From a virus (lineage: Duplodnaviria; Caudoviricetes): a stretch of 37,651 nt of DNA. Shown here in pieces: positions 1-9,193 of this stretch. Location of the stretch: the IMG/VR virus record IMGVR_UViG_3300027672_001056, positions 1 to 37,651 of that record. One strand, given 5' to 3'. The notes under the pieces were generated by a model. The model did not search any database and was not told the origin of the DNA. It saw only the letters and a program-made list of their open reading frames with translations. Made by a program: the position numbers and the translations under genes. Within the stretch, counting starts at the first letter, position 1, and each line of letters opens with the position of its first letter.

Positions 1-1
1 C

Positions 2-1870
2 ATAGAAGATATACCAGCAGAAGAAATCCCAACATATATGGCTGAGTTAGACAATGCCGCATTTGAAATGGGTGCACCTGAGCTTGAATCAGTACAAGAA
101 GCTGAATTAAATAATTTAAGAAAGAGAGCAGGACTTGAAGAAAAAGAAGGCGACGATTGTTCCATCTGTTTCGGTAGAGGAAAGATAGATGCTCATTCAG
201 AAGACGGTCCTAGCAAATGTCAAAAGTGTAAAGGCACTGGCAAAGAGCAATGGAGACCGGAGCCAACAGATTTCAGCAAATTTGGTATTGGTGAAGCAGA
301 AGAAAAAGAAAATAAAACTATCACAGTCAACGCACCAGTTGCATTATCTGGCGATAGTATTTGGGACAATGACAATACAAACCCTAAATCAGTAAATGTT
401 ACAGAAATTGAAGTTGTAGCAGACGATCCTTTTAACGAAGATGATACTTATGCATCTGTTAATGTTAAGCATGATGGTCCATGGACAATATACACTGATA
501 CAGGCTTCCAAGACGAAATATCAAAGATTGTAGGTTTTAAAGTATCATTTACGGAGCAAGGTATGCAAGAAGAAGGAGTAGCAAGTATGGAAGGTGACAC
601 AAGGTCTGCAGTAGAAGAAGAAATAGATCGCATGAAACACTTGGCAGGTATGACAATCGAAGAAGCAGATATGCCAGACTTTGACAAAGGCGAACGTCCG
701 CGTAATTCAAAAGAACGTGCCGCTTACCGTAAGTGGAAAAAAGATTCAGCAGCAGGCGCTAAAGATGATAGCGATGTAGTTTCTATTAGTCCTAAAGACA
801 AAAAAGATGCTGAAGCAAGACCTGCAAACGCAGCTGCAGCTAATCCAACTCAAGCACAATTTACAGATATCAATTTAGATACTATGAAAGTAGACGGTAA
901 GTCTATTCCTAGTAAGCAACGTGCTAAAAGTATTGCAAATCAAATACCAGATAACCTAGACTTAAATGATCCAGCAGTTAAGAAAGAAGCATTCTTAAAG
1001 TTTACTGCAAAAAGACCAGACTTAATGTTTGGCGAGATTAATGCACGTTTATCTAACGATGACACTGGCTTAGCATTAAGCGATAGACTTAGTCCTATTG
1101 TGAGAAAGTTAGAAGATAGCCGTAACATAATGGAACTCGACGCAGAAGATAAAGCATTCGCACTTAAACTTTTACAATCAGCTATCACTGGTATGGAATT
1201 AGTTAAGTCCACAGACATTGACAAGCAAATAGAAGTTGAGCCAATGCAGATGGACGCAGACGACAATGACGATGAGTACGATGATGATTCAATGGTACCA
1301 GTATTAGATACAGATGATGAAGAATTAGTTCGTGACAGTGTTAACTTTGACAGTATTAGAGCAGAGTATGATATTTTACCAGAAGGTAAAATGAAAGACA
1401 TTATACAAGATGCTATGGACATGAGCAGAGAAGAATTTGATGCAAAATGGAAAGGCGAGTTTGATTACGATCAACTAAACAAAGACTACAACGATGATTT
1501 AGAAGAAGGTAAATTACCTGCAGGACTCCAAGCATATCAAGATAAAAAGAATGGCAAGAAAGATGATGCTGACAAAGACGACGAAGAAGTAGACGAAGAT
1601 AAAGAAGATAAAGAAGAAGTAGACGAAGCATTAGAAGACATTAAAAGACTAGCTGGCATTGAAATAGCAGAAGGTGCTAAAATAGATTGCCCATGTTGTA
1701 AGGGCGGTAAAGATAGCTGTTCAACTGGTAAAGATGTATGCGGTACATGCGATGGCACCGGTAAAGTCGACGAAGCGTATGAAGCAGTAGTAGAAACAGT
1801 TGCAGACGAGATGGTAGAAAATACAATTGACTTAGCAATGAAAGAACTACGCCAATTAGCAGGTATCTAA
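2..1870 (+). CDS. Large acidic modular virion/head-type protein (5'-truncated) with two DnaJ-like Zn-finger pairs and repeated (L/M/I)xx(L/R)AG(L/M/I) motifs
   Basis: Frame is open from base 2 (IEDIPAEEIPTY) into the ATG at 38. Cys pairs CSICFGRG/CQKCKGTG and CPCCKGG/CGTCDGTG; motifs LRKRAGL, MKHLAGM, IKRLAGI, LRQLAGI; very D/E-rich. Head location is inferred. Confidence 0.7.
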   Translation: MEDIPAEEIPTYMAELDNAAFEMGAPELESVQEAELNNLRKRAGLEEKEGDDCSICFGRGKIDAHSEDGPSKCQKCKGTGKEQWRPEPTDFSKFGIGEAEEKENKTITVNAPVALSGDSIWDNDNTNPKSVNVTEIEVVADDPFNEDDTYASVNVKHDGPWTIYTDTGFQDEISKIVGFKVSFTEQGMQEEGVASMEGDTRSAVEEEIDRMKHLAGMTIEEADMPDFDKGERPRNSKERAAYRKWKKDSAAGAKDDSDVVSISPKDKKDAEARPANAAAANPTQAQFTDINLDTMKVDGKSIPSKQRAKSIANQIPDNLDLNDPAVKKEAFLKFTAKRPDLMFGEINARLSNDDTGLALSDRLSPIVRKLEDSRNIMELDAEDKAFALKLLQSAITGMELVKSTDIDKQIEVEPMQMDADDNDDEYDDDSMVPVLDTDDEELVRDSVNFDSIRAEYDILPEGKMKDIIQDAMDMSREEFDAKWKGEFDYDQLNKDYNDDLEEGKLPAGLQAYQDKKNGKKDDADKDDEEVDEDKEDKEEVDEALEDIKRLAGIEIAEGAKIDCPCCKGGKDSCSTGKDVCGTCDGTGKVDEAYEAVVETVADEMVENTIDLAMKELRQLAGI

Positions 1871-1872
1871 CA

Positions 1873-2217
1873 ATGAACGAAATACAAAGATTACAACAAC
1901 TAGCAGGTTTGCCAATCACAGAAGCAGAAACAGGTGACGAAGTTACTAAAACTGTTGCAGGACACACTGATGCTGAAAAAGATATGATTATGAAACAGTT
2001 ATATCAAACAGGCAAATACTGTGTAGAACTTTACGGTATGTTAGGCAAGATGGACGGTAATACTGATTTCCCACATTGGTGGCAGGGTAAGATTGTTAAA
2101 GCATCAGACTATATTGGTGCTGCTAAACATTACTTAGAAAATGAAATTGAAGCACCGGATGTTGACACTATGCCATCTCCAGATATAGAAGATAACGATC
2201 CCTCAGGCGTTAGTTAA
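1873..2217 (+). CDS. Hypothetical protein (114 aa) starting with the same LQQLAGL motif, probable head-associated protein
   Basis: Starts 2 nt after the previous stop; N-terminus MNEIQRLQQLAGLPITE; PHWWQGKI motif. Confidence 0.75.
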   Translation: MNEIQRLQQLAGLPITEAETGDEVTKTVAGHTDAEKDMIMKQLYQTGKYCVELYGMLGKMDGNTDFPHWWQGKIVKASDYIGAAKHYLENEIEAPDVDTMPSPDIEDNDPSGVS

Positions 2218-2219
2218 GA

Positions 2220-3068
2220 CTAAATCCAGTCTGTATTATTAACTAGTTTATCAGCATACTCAGGCCAGAATAGGCCTGCTCTAGGTCCGCCATTACACTT
2301 ACCATCGCTTTCGCCTGGTATCTTAATCCATAAAAACGCATCACATTTTTCTTCATCTGTGTCACATGTAGGTGGTATACCTAAACTACGGCCTGGTGGG
2401 TTACACCAATCATTGCCGTGAGAACCATTGCCATTACGACTAGTGTCTATAACAAAATGATCATTAGGTCTTTGTTCGCATATTTGCAATGACCACTTCA
2501 TACTTTCTTTAGTGCTTCTAAAGTTACTTACATTTACACTAAAGCCTCTTACTTTATCATTGCTTACTATGTCTAATAACTTAGCAACTTCGCTAGGTGC
2601 TAGCCAATTACTATGCCCTACATCGACGTAAACAAGTGCGTTAGAGTTGCTTGTAAGCGTCTCTAAGCCTTCTTTAAGTAAACTTAGCCTAGACTCAGCA
2701 ATGCTTTTATCCATTAGTGTACTGTGAGGTATAGCGTCTGGTTCGAATATAACTATGGGTGCTCTATCGCCTATACCTCTACAAAATGCATGTAAGAATT
2801 CTAAATATGCTTCTCTGGTTTTTGCACCACCTTTACTATGATGTCCTACATCTCTTTCTGGTATATTGTATATAACTAGCACAGGCAACTGTGGATCAAC
2901 ACGTTTCATTAAACGTCCTAATCCATCGTCAATATTACAAGAATACTTGCCTTGCCTATCGCCGTACCAGAAACTTACTGGTTGTTCAAATATTTTAGCA
3001 ACACTAGGGTAAGCAAGTCTGTGGTCTTTTACTCTGTCAAAGTTATTAACCCAAAAAGGATAATCCAT
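2220..3068 (-). CDS. Glycoside hydrolase family 6 (cellulase/endoglucanase-like), catalytic domain only
   Basis: GH6 motifs YNIPERD, IFEPDAI, YVDVGHSNWL, RGFSVNVSNF, FVIDTSRNG, WCNPPGR, DAFLWIKIPGESDG. Confidence 0.92.
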   Translation of the reverse strand: MDYPFWVNNFDRVKDHRLAYPSVAKIFEQPVSFWYGDRQGKYSCNIDDGLGRLMKRVDPQLPVLVIYNIPERDVGHHSKGGAKTREAYLEFLHAFCRGIGDRAPIVIFEPDAIPHSTLMDKSIAESRLSLLKEGLETLTSNSNALVYVDVGHSNWLAPSEVAKLLDIVSNDKVRGFSVNVSNFRSTKESMKWSLQICEQRPNDHFVIDTSRNGNGSHGNDWCNPPGRSLGIPPTCDTDEEKCDAFLWIKIPGESDGKCNGGPRAGLFWPEYADKLVNNTDWI

Positions 3069-3862
3069 TAGCCGTTATCTAAATTAGTTACATTGTTTAC
3101 AGTTAGTGGATAAGTGTTTTCAGTAGGATATGTAAAATGTTTTTGCAGTTCTGGTTTTAACGGAGCGTCCCATTGACCTGCTTTACATTTCTCGATAGCT
3201 TCGTTGGATATTCCAGCAAGTTCCATTTCTTCGTAATCACTAAGCAAGTAACTTTTAATGTAAGGGAGCATCTGGCACGGGCAAGTACCTTCCCAGTGAA
3301 GGTTCAATGAATTATCCATTAGTGGATTTTCATAGTCGAACATTTCTTGTTCTGGGTTATAATAATAAGTTTTTGTAGTTGGTAACAGTTTGTATACTGT
3401 TAATCCCTGATCAGGAGTCCTAAATGTTGGTAACGGCATCTCAACACCATCAACGGCATACGATTCAACTACATCAGGATTAAATGATGTAATCCTTGCC
3501 ATGTCTAAACCATTAAGTAAATATTGACTTCTTTGTAAATGGTCAATGTATTCACCGTCTTTACCTAAGCCTTCGCCTCTTCGTTCCATCTGGCCATTAG
3601 TTTCTTCTAATCCTACTCTGTCTTGATCAGGCTGGTAGTATCCGTATCTTGCACCCCAGTTCTTACTAATCCAATCTTTTTCGTCCTGCCACTCTGGGGT
3701 TTTGTTATCCATCTTGGTAACTTTACCCTTGTAAGTTTTAGTGTAGCCTTCGACCCCGCCGGAATGTGCTTCGTACACTAATTCCCCGTCAAGTAGTTCG
3801 CATGTTAATTTACCTGTATTACAATCTAAGTGCCAGTCAAGTAGTAAATGTGGTTTATCCAT
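3068..3862 (-). CDS. Hypothetical protein (264 aa)
   Basis: Long ORF overlapping both neighbours (1 nt and 8 nt); no family recognised. Confidence 0.75.
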   Translation of the reverse strand: MDKPHLLLDWHLDCNTGKLTCELLDGELVYEAHSGGVEGYTKTYKGKVTKMDNKTPEWQDEKDWISKNWGARYGYYQPDQDRVGLEETNGQMERRGEGLGKDGEYIDHLQRSQYLLNGLDMARITSFNPDVVESYAVDGVEMPLPTFRTPDQGLTVYKLLPTTKTYYYNPEQEMFDYENPLMDNSLNLHWEGTCPCQMLPYIKSYLLSDYEEMELAGISNEAIEKCKAGQWDAPLKPELQKHFTYPTENTYPLTVNNVTNLDNG

Positions 3863-4397
3863 TTGTCATCCCCTGTAATTTTTTAAATGTCTTCTCTCGT
3901 CTTGCGAAAGCTCTTTTTAGTTTTAGATCGCCTGCAAGTGAACTATCGATAAACAGTTTCCCTCGTAAATGGTCTAGCTCGTGTTGGAAAACTCTAGAGT
4001 CTATGCCCTCTAACCAAACTTCAACTACTTCTTGTTCTACTGTTTGATATCTTACTTGGACTTTTTTTGGTCGTGTAATGTTTAAATATAAAAGAGGGAA
4101 TGTTAAACATCCTTCTTCGATAACGCAAGTTTCTTCACTAGCGTCAAGTATTTGCGGATTGTATATTCCGATGTCACCTTGTGTAGAATGTGTCATTACA
4201 AACATCCTGTGCTGAGAACCACACTGCGGTGATGCTAGGCCAATTCCTATATTCTCATGCATAATTTGAAACATTGCTTGTTGTCTTTCTATCCAATCGA
4301 CTTCTACATCAAACGGATCTAATGTTGATTCAGTGTGTAACGCAGGGTGCCTGGGTTCTACTAAATCTGCTTGCCATTCGTTTTTGTTTGTTGTCAT
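3855..4397 (-). CDS. def: Peptide deformylase
   Basis: Three PDF motifs: GIGLASPQCG, EGCLT, HELDHLRG. Confidence 0.93.
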   Translation of the reverse strand: MTTNKNEWQADLVEPRHPALHTESTLDPFDVEVDWIERQQAMFQIMHENIGIGLASPQCGSQHRMFVMTHSTQGDIGIYNPQILDASEETCVIEEGCLTFPLLYLNITRPKKVQVRYQTVEQEVVEVWLEGIDSRVFQHELDHLRGKLFIDSSLAGDLKLKRAFARREKTFKKLQGMTNG

Positions 4398-4828
4398 ACT
4401 ATCCCTTTAAACATTTTTATATATTTATTATATAGTTGAACTTCTAGTTTAAATGCTTCTTGTTCCCATGGCTGATCTTTTATATTATTTACTAGATGCA
4501 TATCAACACCGTGCCATGTGGAACCATTTCCACTTAACTCTCCTTTAATAAACTGCTTTGCATGCACTAGCTCGTGACATAGTGTAAGAAATTGTTCGTT
4601 AAAAGAATATTTATAGTTGTAACTACCCTTCGCAATATTAATGAATGCCTCACCTCTATCACCGTAACAGTCTCCCGCCACTTGTCCATCGCATTTATTT
4701 ATAAAATGTATTTCTATGTCGATGTCTTTTGTTGTTCTCGGCATTAAGTATTTTAGTATGTTGAATGACACAAGTTCTACAAGTTCTACTTGTTGCGGTT
4801 TTCCAAATACTTCAACACTAGTTGCCAC
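4394..4828 (-). CDS. HExxH zinc metallopeptidase-like protein
   Basis: TLCHELVHAKQ plus downstream PWEQEA. Start moved to GTG at 4828 (AAGGA 7 nt upstream), which removes most of the overlap with the upstream ORF. Confidence 0.75.
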   Translation of the reverse strand: MATSVEVFGKPQQVELVELVSFNILKYLMPRTTKDIDIEIHFINKCDGQVAGDCYGDRGEAFINIAKGSYNYKYSFNEQFLTLCHELVHAKQFIKGELSGNGSTWHGVDMHLVNNIKDQPWEQEAFKLEVQLYNKYIKMFKGIV

Positions 4829-5126
4829 TGTCTTTTCCTTGAAACAAGTTCTTAATACTTTCAAGCAACGGTTTAACAGAATTATACTCAGTGTTATACT
4901 TTACATACAACTCATCTGTTGGGCTGGTTTCAATAATATCACCCTTCTTGTATACTGTACCTTCGTATTCTATTCCATCTCTTAAGATTTCTACAGAGGT
5001 TCCTCCATGGTTAAACCATGTAGTTAGCCTACCGGAACCTGCTTCCAGTGCATTGCATGTATTGCCTTCTTCGATGTATTCCATGATTTCCATGTATTCA
5101 TTTACTGTATCTGTGTATTGTCCCAT
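4818..5126 (-). CDS. Hypothetical protein (102 aa), probable leaderless early gene
   Basis: ATG lies 6 nt downstream of a consensus TATAAT. Confidence 0.75.
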   Translation of the reverse strand: MGQYTDTVNEYMEIMEYIEEGNTCNALEAGSGRLTTWFNHGGTSVEILRDGIEYEGTVYKKGDIIETSPTDELYVKYNTEYNSVKPLLESIKNLFQGKDSGN

Positions 5127-5132
5127 GATATT

Positions 5133-5161
5133 ATTATACTATATTTCCTGTTAGTTGTCAA
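5133..5161 (-). promoter_or_regulatory. sigma70-type promoter TTGACA-N17-TATAAT
   Basis: Perfect hexamers at 5161-5156 and 5138-5133; the -35 contains the TGA stop of the upstream gene. Confidence 0.85.
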
Positions 5162-6051
5162 TCTAACTCAAGGTCTGTTAAACCCATTATTGATTCGCCA
5201 GCATCTAATCTTCTTTTATGCTCTTGTAGTTCTGGACTAAGTGCCGTCCCTGGCCGGCCTACTCCTATATTACCATTGTCAGTTATATAATCTGACCATT
5301 CTATATCCATCCGAACTAGCATGTCTATTCTTTCTTCAATACTTGCATTTTCCCACACTGGGATATTGTGTTTTGTATTCATCTGCATTGGGTATTGCCA
5401 ATCAAATGCATCCGGTACTCTAAAGTTATCAGAGGGTCTACTCATTATTGTGTTAACCCATTTTAAACTGTTAGATACGTTTAAGCCTTTACTTTGTGCA
5501 AATTCTAGCATGTCTACGTGACATTCTTTTGTTTCAGATGACGGTATTACTAATCTGTCAGCCATAGCAGTATATGTTTCCACAGTACCTGCTAAGAAGT
5601 GATCTTTCATTCCTACATTACGATTGCCATCTTTGTCGACTAAGTTTGTAAAGCAGTTAGTATACCAGGTATTTTCTGCAATAGGTGTAATAGGAATATT
5701 AGTATTAAGCGTAGTAAGTACATCAAACCTTGTTTCAAATACTGCATCATATGGTGTTTTTGCGTGTTGACGCCTGATGTTTGGTCCAATCATTGTAGCA
5801 AGTAATGCAGGCCCGGACCAAGATGTGTAATAATTATCTTCTGGTTTCATTAGCACTCTGCCAGTGATATGTTTATTGTTGTCTTCGAATGTTTGTTCCA
5901 CTGTTCGCATTTTTAAGTGTGGGGTGTGCCATGTGGCTACATAGTAATCAACGTTCTCTGATATGCTATCAAAGAAGTCAAACACAACTGGTGCATTATA
6001 ACGCCATGTGCGGACATGTCCTCTAAGTACAACTGCAATATTTTTCATCAT
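5158..6051 (-). CDS. Putative glycosyltransferase-like protein
   Basis: IAVVLRGHVRT N-terminus, YDAVFETRFD and DHFLAG motifs typical of viral GT-A-like proteins; last gene of the sugar cassette. Confidence 0.55.
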   Translation of the reverse strand: MMKNIAVVLRGHVRTWRYNAPVVFDFFDSISENVDYYVATWHTPHLKMRTVEQTFEDNNKHITGRVLMKPEDNYYTSWSGPALLATMIGPNIRRQHAKTPYDAVFETRFDVLTTLNTNIPITPIAENTWYTNCFTNLVDKDGNRNVGMKDHFLAGTVETYTAMADRLVIPSSETKECHVDMLEFAQSKGLNVSNSLKWVNTIMSRPSDNFRVPDAFDWQYPMQMNTKHNIPVWENASIEERIDMLVRMDIEWSDYITDNGNIGVGRPGTALSPELQEHKRRLDAGESIMGLTDLELD

Positions 6052-6890
6052 ATAATATTTCTCTCTTTACAAAAGTCAAACATATATTGACCCCATATTT
6101 TATGCCCTAATGCACTTGGGTGAAAAACAATAAATGAATCTTCTAAATTTCCCTGCTCGATCATTGTGTGATGTGCAGTTGAATCTTTATTAATAAAACT
6201 ATCTGAGTCAATTAAGTTCCACATAGTTGATAGCTCACTTGACATCACTAAGTTTTCATTTCTATAAATTTCGTCGTCCCAATCTCTAAGCATTTGTTCA
6301 TGGTGGTGATAAAATGCTTGATGCATAACATATTTAATGTTTAAACTTTTTAACAGCATCTGTGCTAAAAATACTGTATGTATATATTTAGTAACAAACC
6401 CCTCTGGAGCGCCAAACATATCAAAGAATAAATTGTAAAACTGATTTAATTTCTTACCTTCTGTTTCGCCCAGCTGACCTGTAAAGTCTTGATCTAAACT
6501 CCACGGCCCGTACGGTGCATAGTTTGTATCGCCGAATTGTTCTTTGTAATAATGCTCAGTACGTTCAGGACTTGTCCATCCAATACTAACTATTAAGTCT
6601 GATGTATCATTGCCGCCTAGGTAGTCATTGTCTGCTAACCATGCAACTAATTTTCTAAATATAGCATCGTTACTTTGTGATGGCAAACTGAGATCAACTA
6701 TGTCTTGTATGTTTGCATGTTTAGCAAATTGATTTAAATAACGATTTTCGAGTCTGTATGTAATATTCTCAGGTACGCTTTGTCGTTCAAATCCGCCACC
6801 GGGCAAGTTCATAATTGGCACTGGATCAACAGCAGGATCTACTAACTCTGCTCCCCAGCACCAACTGTCTCCGCAACCAACTAATTTCAT
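6048..6890 (-). CDS. SGNH/GDSL hydrolase-like protein
   Basis: GDSW at the N-terminus, SQSN, IGWTSPER, C-terminal HPSALGH. Confidence 0.7.
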   Translation of the reverse strand: MKLVGCGDSWCWGAELVDPAVDPVPIMNLPGGGFERQSVPENITYRLENRYLNQFAKHANIQDIVDLSLPSQSNDAIFRKLVAWLADNDYLGGNDTSDLIVSIGWTSPERTEHYYKEQFGDTNYAPYGPWSLDQDFTGQLGETEGKKLNQFYNLFFDMFGAPEGFVTKYIHTVFLAQMLLKSLNIKYVMHQAFYHHHEQMLRDWDDEIYRNENLVMSSELSTMWNLIDSDSFINKDSTAHHTMIEQGNLEDSFIVFHPSALGHKIWGQYMFDFCKERNII

Positions 6891-7690
6891 ATTATACCTT
6901 TTTCCTTCATGTCGTTATATAATAACTCTGCAATCAATTGATGCCCGTATTCGTTTGGGTGGTCTCCGAGACCTGGCTTCATAAAGGGCAAATCAGCTCG
7001 AGGTCCGCGATTGTCGCGATTGTTTATCATATGCTCCTTTAAGTATCCGTATAGACTCATATCATCTAGTTTGTCTTTGTGTAAAAACGTATCTGATGAT
7101 AGTGTGTTCCACATATCTTCTGTATTTACTGGCCCGTCATGACGGTGCATAAATTTCTCGTGATTAGTTACAAAATGCTGATTATAATATATTGCTTGGT
7201 GCATATGAAATGGTATATTTTTATTTTGCAATAGACCTTCCACTAACATAAGTTGCTGAATCCATTCAACATAGCATGAAAGTTCATTCCTCATCATGGT
7301 ATAATAAAATTCTACATGTTTATGGTACTTGGGTCTATAAGGACTGCTGTCGCTGTCACACCAATTCTCTGTTAATATCCATGGGCCTAGTGTTGTCCAA
7401 TATGGAGTTGAATCTGGCACCTGCGACACAGTATAGTCAAAAAATACTTCAGCCCGTTCAGGACTAGTCCAGCCTATTACAATAAACGGATCATCTTCTA
7501 AAGCGCCTGGTTGTGATATCCAACTCAATAACTGTAATGTAATAGCAGCATTACCTATTCCAGGTTTAGCTAAATTAATAACTTCAGTTGCACCCATCAT
7601 TGTTTTTAAATGAGAAGCATAATTAGTATTTACTCTGTCCTCTAGATCAGAACCAAACGCCCAACTATCTCCAAATATTACTAACTTCAT
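6887..7690 (-). CDS. SGNH/GDSL hydrolase-like protein (paralog of 6048..6890)
   Basis: GDSW, NLAKPGIGN, IGWTSPER, DHPNEYGH. Confidence 0.75.
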   Translation of the reverse strand: MKLVIFGDSWAFGSDLEDRVNTNYASHLKTMMGATEVINLAKPGIGNAAITLQLLSWISQPGALEDDPFIVIGWTSPERAEVFFDYTVSQVPDSTPYWTTLGPWILTENWCDSDSSPYRPKYHKHVEFYYTMMRNELSCYVEWIQQLMLVEGLLQNKNIPFHMHQAIYYNQHFVTNHEKFMHRHDGPVNTEDMWNTLSSDTFLHKDKLDDMSLYGYLKEHMINNRDNRGPRADLPFMKPGLGDHPNEYGHQLIAELLYNDMKEKGII

Positions 7691-8142
7691 TTTCTATTGT
7701 CTCTTATTTTCTGCACATAGTCACTGCATATTCCTGCACAGTCTACGTCTAATGTATTTTCTAATAATGGGTCAGTAACTTCCGGCATAACCATAATACT
7801 ACGCCTTGCTAGTTTTTTACCTATGTTTGTCCAAATATATTTCTTGTTAGTTAACGAGTAATCATCATTCTCTTGCCAAAAACAATTAGCACGATTCATT
7901 TCCATGCCACCAAAGAGATGTAATGCTTCTATGTTTTTACAATGCACCCAATATCTTTGATTAAATGAAGTAATGTCTGCACCATACTGAGGTTCATCGT
8001 GGCCAAAAAACACCTCGCCGTCTACAACCCATACATCAACTTCTATATCAAATCCTGCATCTAATGCTTTTTGTATGTGCTCAGGATGATTTTCCATTTC
8101 CGAAGGCCCGTTTATATTACCTCTATGTGCTATTAGTATCAT
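7687..8142 (-). CDS. Glycerophosphodiester phosphodiesterase-like (PLC-like) protein
   Basis: IAHRG, EVDVW, GHD, HCKN, GICSD motifs; start set at the ATG overlapping the upstream TGA (ATGA). Confidence 0.8.
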   Translation of the reverse strand: MILIAHRGNINGPSEMENHPEHIQKALDAGFDIEVDVWVVDGEVFFGHDEPQYGADITSFNQRYWVHCKNIEALHLFGGMEMNRANCFWQENDDYSLTNKKYIWTNIGKKLARRSIMVMPEVTDPLLENTLDVDCAGICSDYVQKIRDNRK

Positions 8143-8867
8143 ACTATTATATCTGTGTTTAAAATTTCTTGTGTTTGTTGCCAACCACCTGTGACATGAT
8201 ATGTCTTACCTAATTGCTGTTCGTAAATTGCATCTGCTAATGGTTGATCAATTCCCCACTCTCCCATCTTGTCTCCAAAGAATACAACTTTTTGATCCCA
8301 TGGTTGATAGTTTATTACTAAGTCTGCTACTTGTCCTTTATGTGCGCCTTTTAAGCAAATATCAATACTGATATCACCACCGATAAACACATCAAATCTT
8401 GAAAACTTTTCTTTAAATTCTTTTGCAAGAGCAAGCCTTTCTTGTTCAATTAAATCGTAATGTTTATATTCATGACGTTGTAGTTCTGTTGCATCTCTAC
8501 CTACAATACTAAAGTTTACACTACCAGGCCTTGTTGCAATGTGTGTTCCTGCCCTAACTGGGTAAGGACTAGTGTCTAACTTACTAAGTAAAAACTGCTC
8601 TTCTTCTTCGGTAAATTCAAATTCATTTACTGTTACAGATCTACCTTCTTGCATAATACTATTGCCCATACAGTTTGCAACAAGTACTGCACCTTCGGTT
8701 ATATCTACACCTATTTGCTCGATTGTTCGTTCGTATGTGCTACCAGTAACAAGTATATAAGTATGGCCCCATGTATCGCGCCAGTTTATAAACCAGTCTT
8801 TAAATTTTGAATCTATACTAGCACCAGTGTCGGTTAATACTCCATCAATATCAAATAAAAATATCAT
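8139..8867 (-). CDS. HAD-IIB phosphomannomutase, eukaryotic PMM-like family
   Basis: LFDIDGVLT, VTGS, RPGSVNFSIVGR, GGDISIDI, FFGDK motifs. Confidence 0.8.
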   Translation of the reverse strand: MIFLFDIDGVLTDTGASIDSKFKDWFINWRDTWGHTYILVTGSTYERTIEQIGVDITEGAVLVANCMGNSIMQEGRSVTVNEFEFTEEEEQFLLSKLDTSPYPVRAGTHIATRPGSVNFSIVGRDATELQRHEYKHYDLIEQERLALAKEFKEKFSRFDVFIGGDISIDICLKGAHKGQVADLVINYQPWDQKVVFFGDKMGEWGIDQPLADAIYEQQLGKTYHVTGGWQQTQEILNTDIIV

Positions 8868-9193
8868 TCGTTACCTACTATAATTTTGTCTGTGCTGTCA
8901 CCAGGTACCTTAACACATAATATTGTGCAATCTTCGTGGAATATTGGATCTGCTATTTCGTTTGGCTCTATAACAAATATATCGCCTTTACTTAATTCTT
9001 TGCCGCATACTTTCATACTACCCTCTAGTAACACATTATATTCTGTGCCAAGTGGGTGATAGTGTGCTGGCCACTGCTCATCTTTTAAGTGTGTGAGTAC
9101 ACCTACTTCGAAGCCTTTTGTTTTTAATACACTTGGTTCAAAGTCTCCTATGAGCCATCCTCGGTGCATATCTTTTAATTTACTTATTTCCAT
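8864..9193 (-). CDS. Cupin-domain protein
   Basis: RGWLIGDFEP, HYH...EYN metal motif, GDIFVIEP. Confidence 0.8.
   Translation of the reverse strand: MEISKLKDMHRGWLIGDFEPSVLKTKGFEVGVLTHLKDEQWPAHYHPLGTEYNVLLEGSMKVCGKELSKGDIFVIEPNEIADPIFHEDCTILCVKVPGDSTDKIIVGNE

Noticed and set aside
1578-1630. Short direct repeats GAAGAAGTAGACGAAG / GAAGATAAA
   Set aside because: Low-complexity EEVDE/EDK coding repeats, not an array.
4881-4910. TATAAT inside the 102-aa gene as a further promoter
   Set aside because: No matching -35 at 16-18 nt; the hexamer is common in AT-rich DNA.
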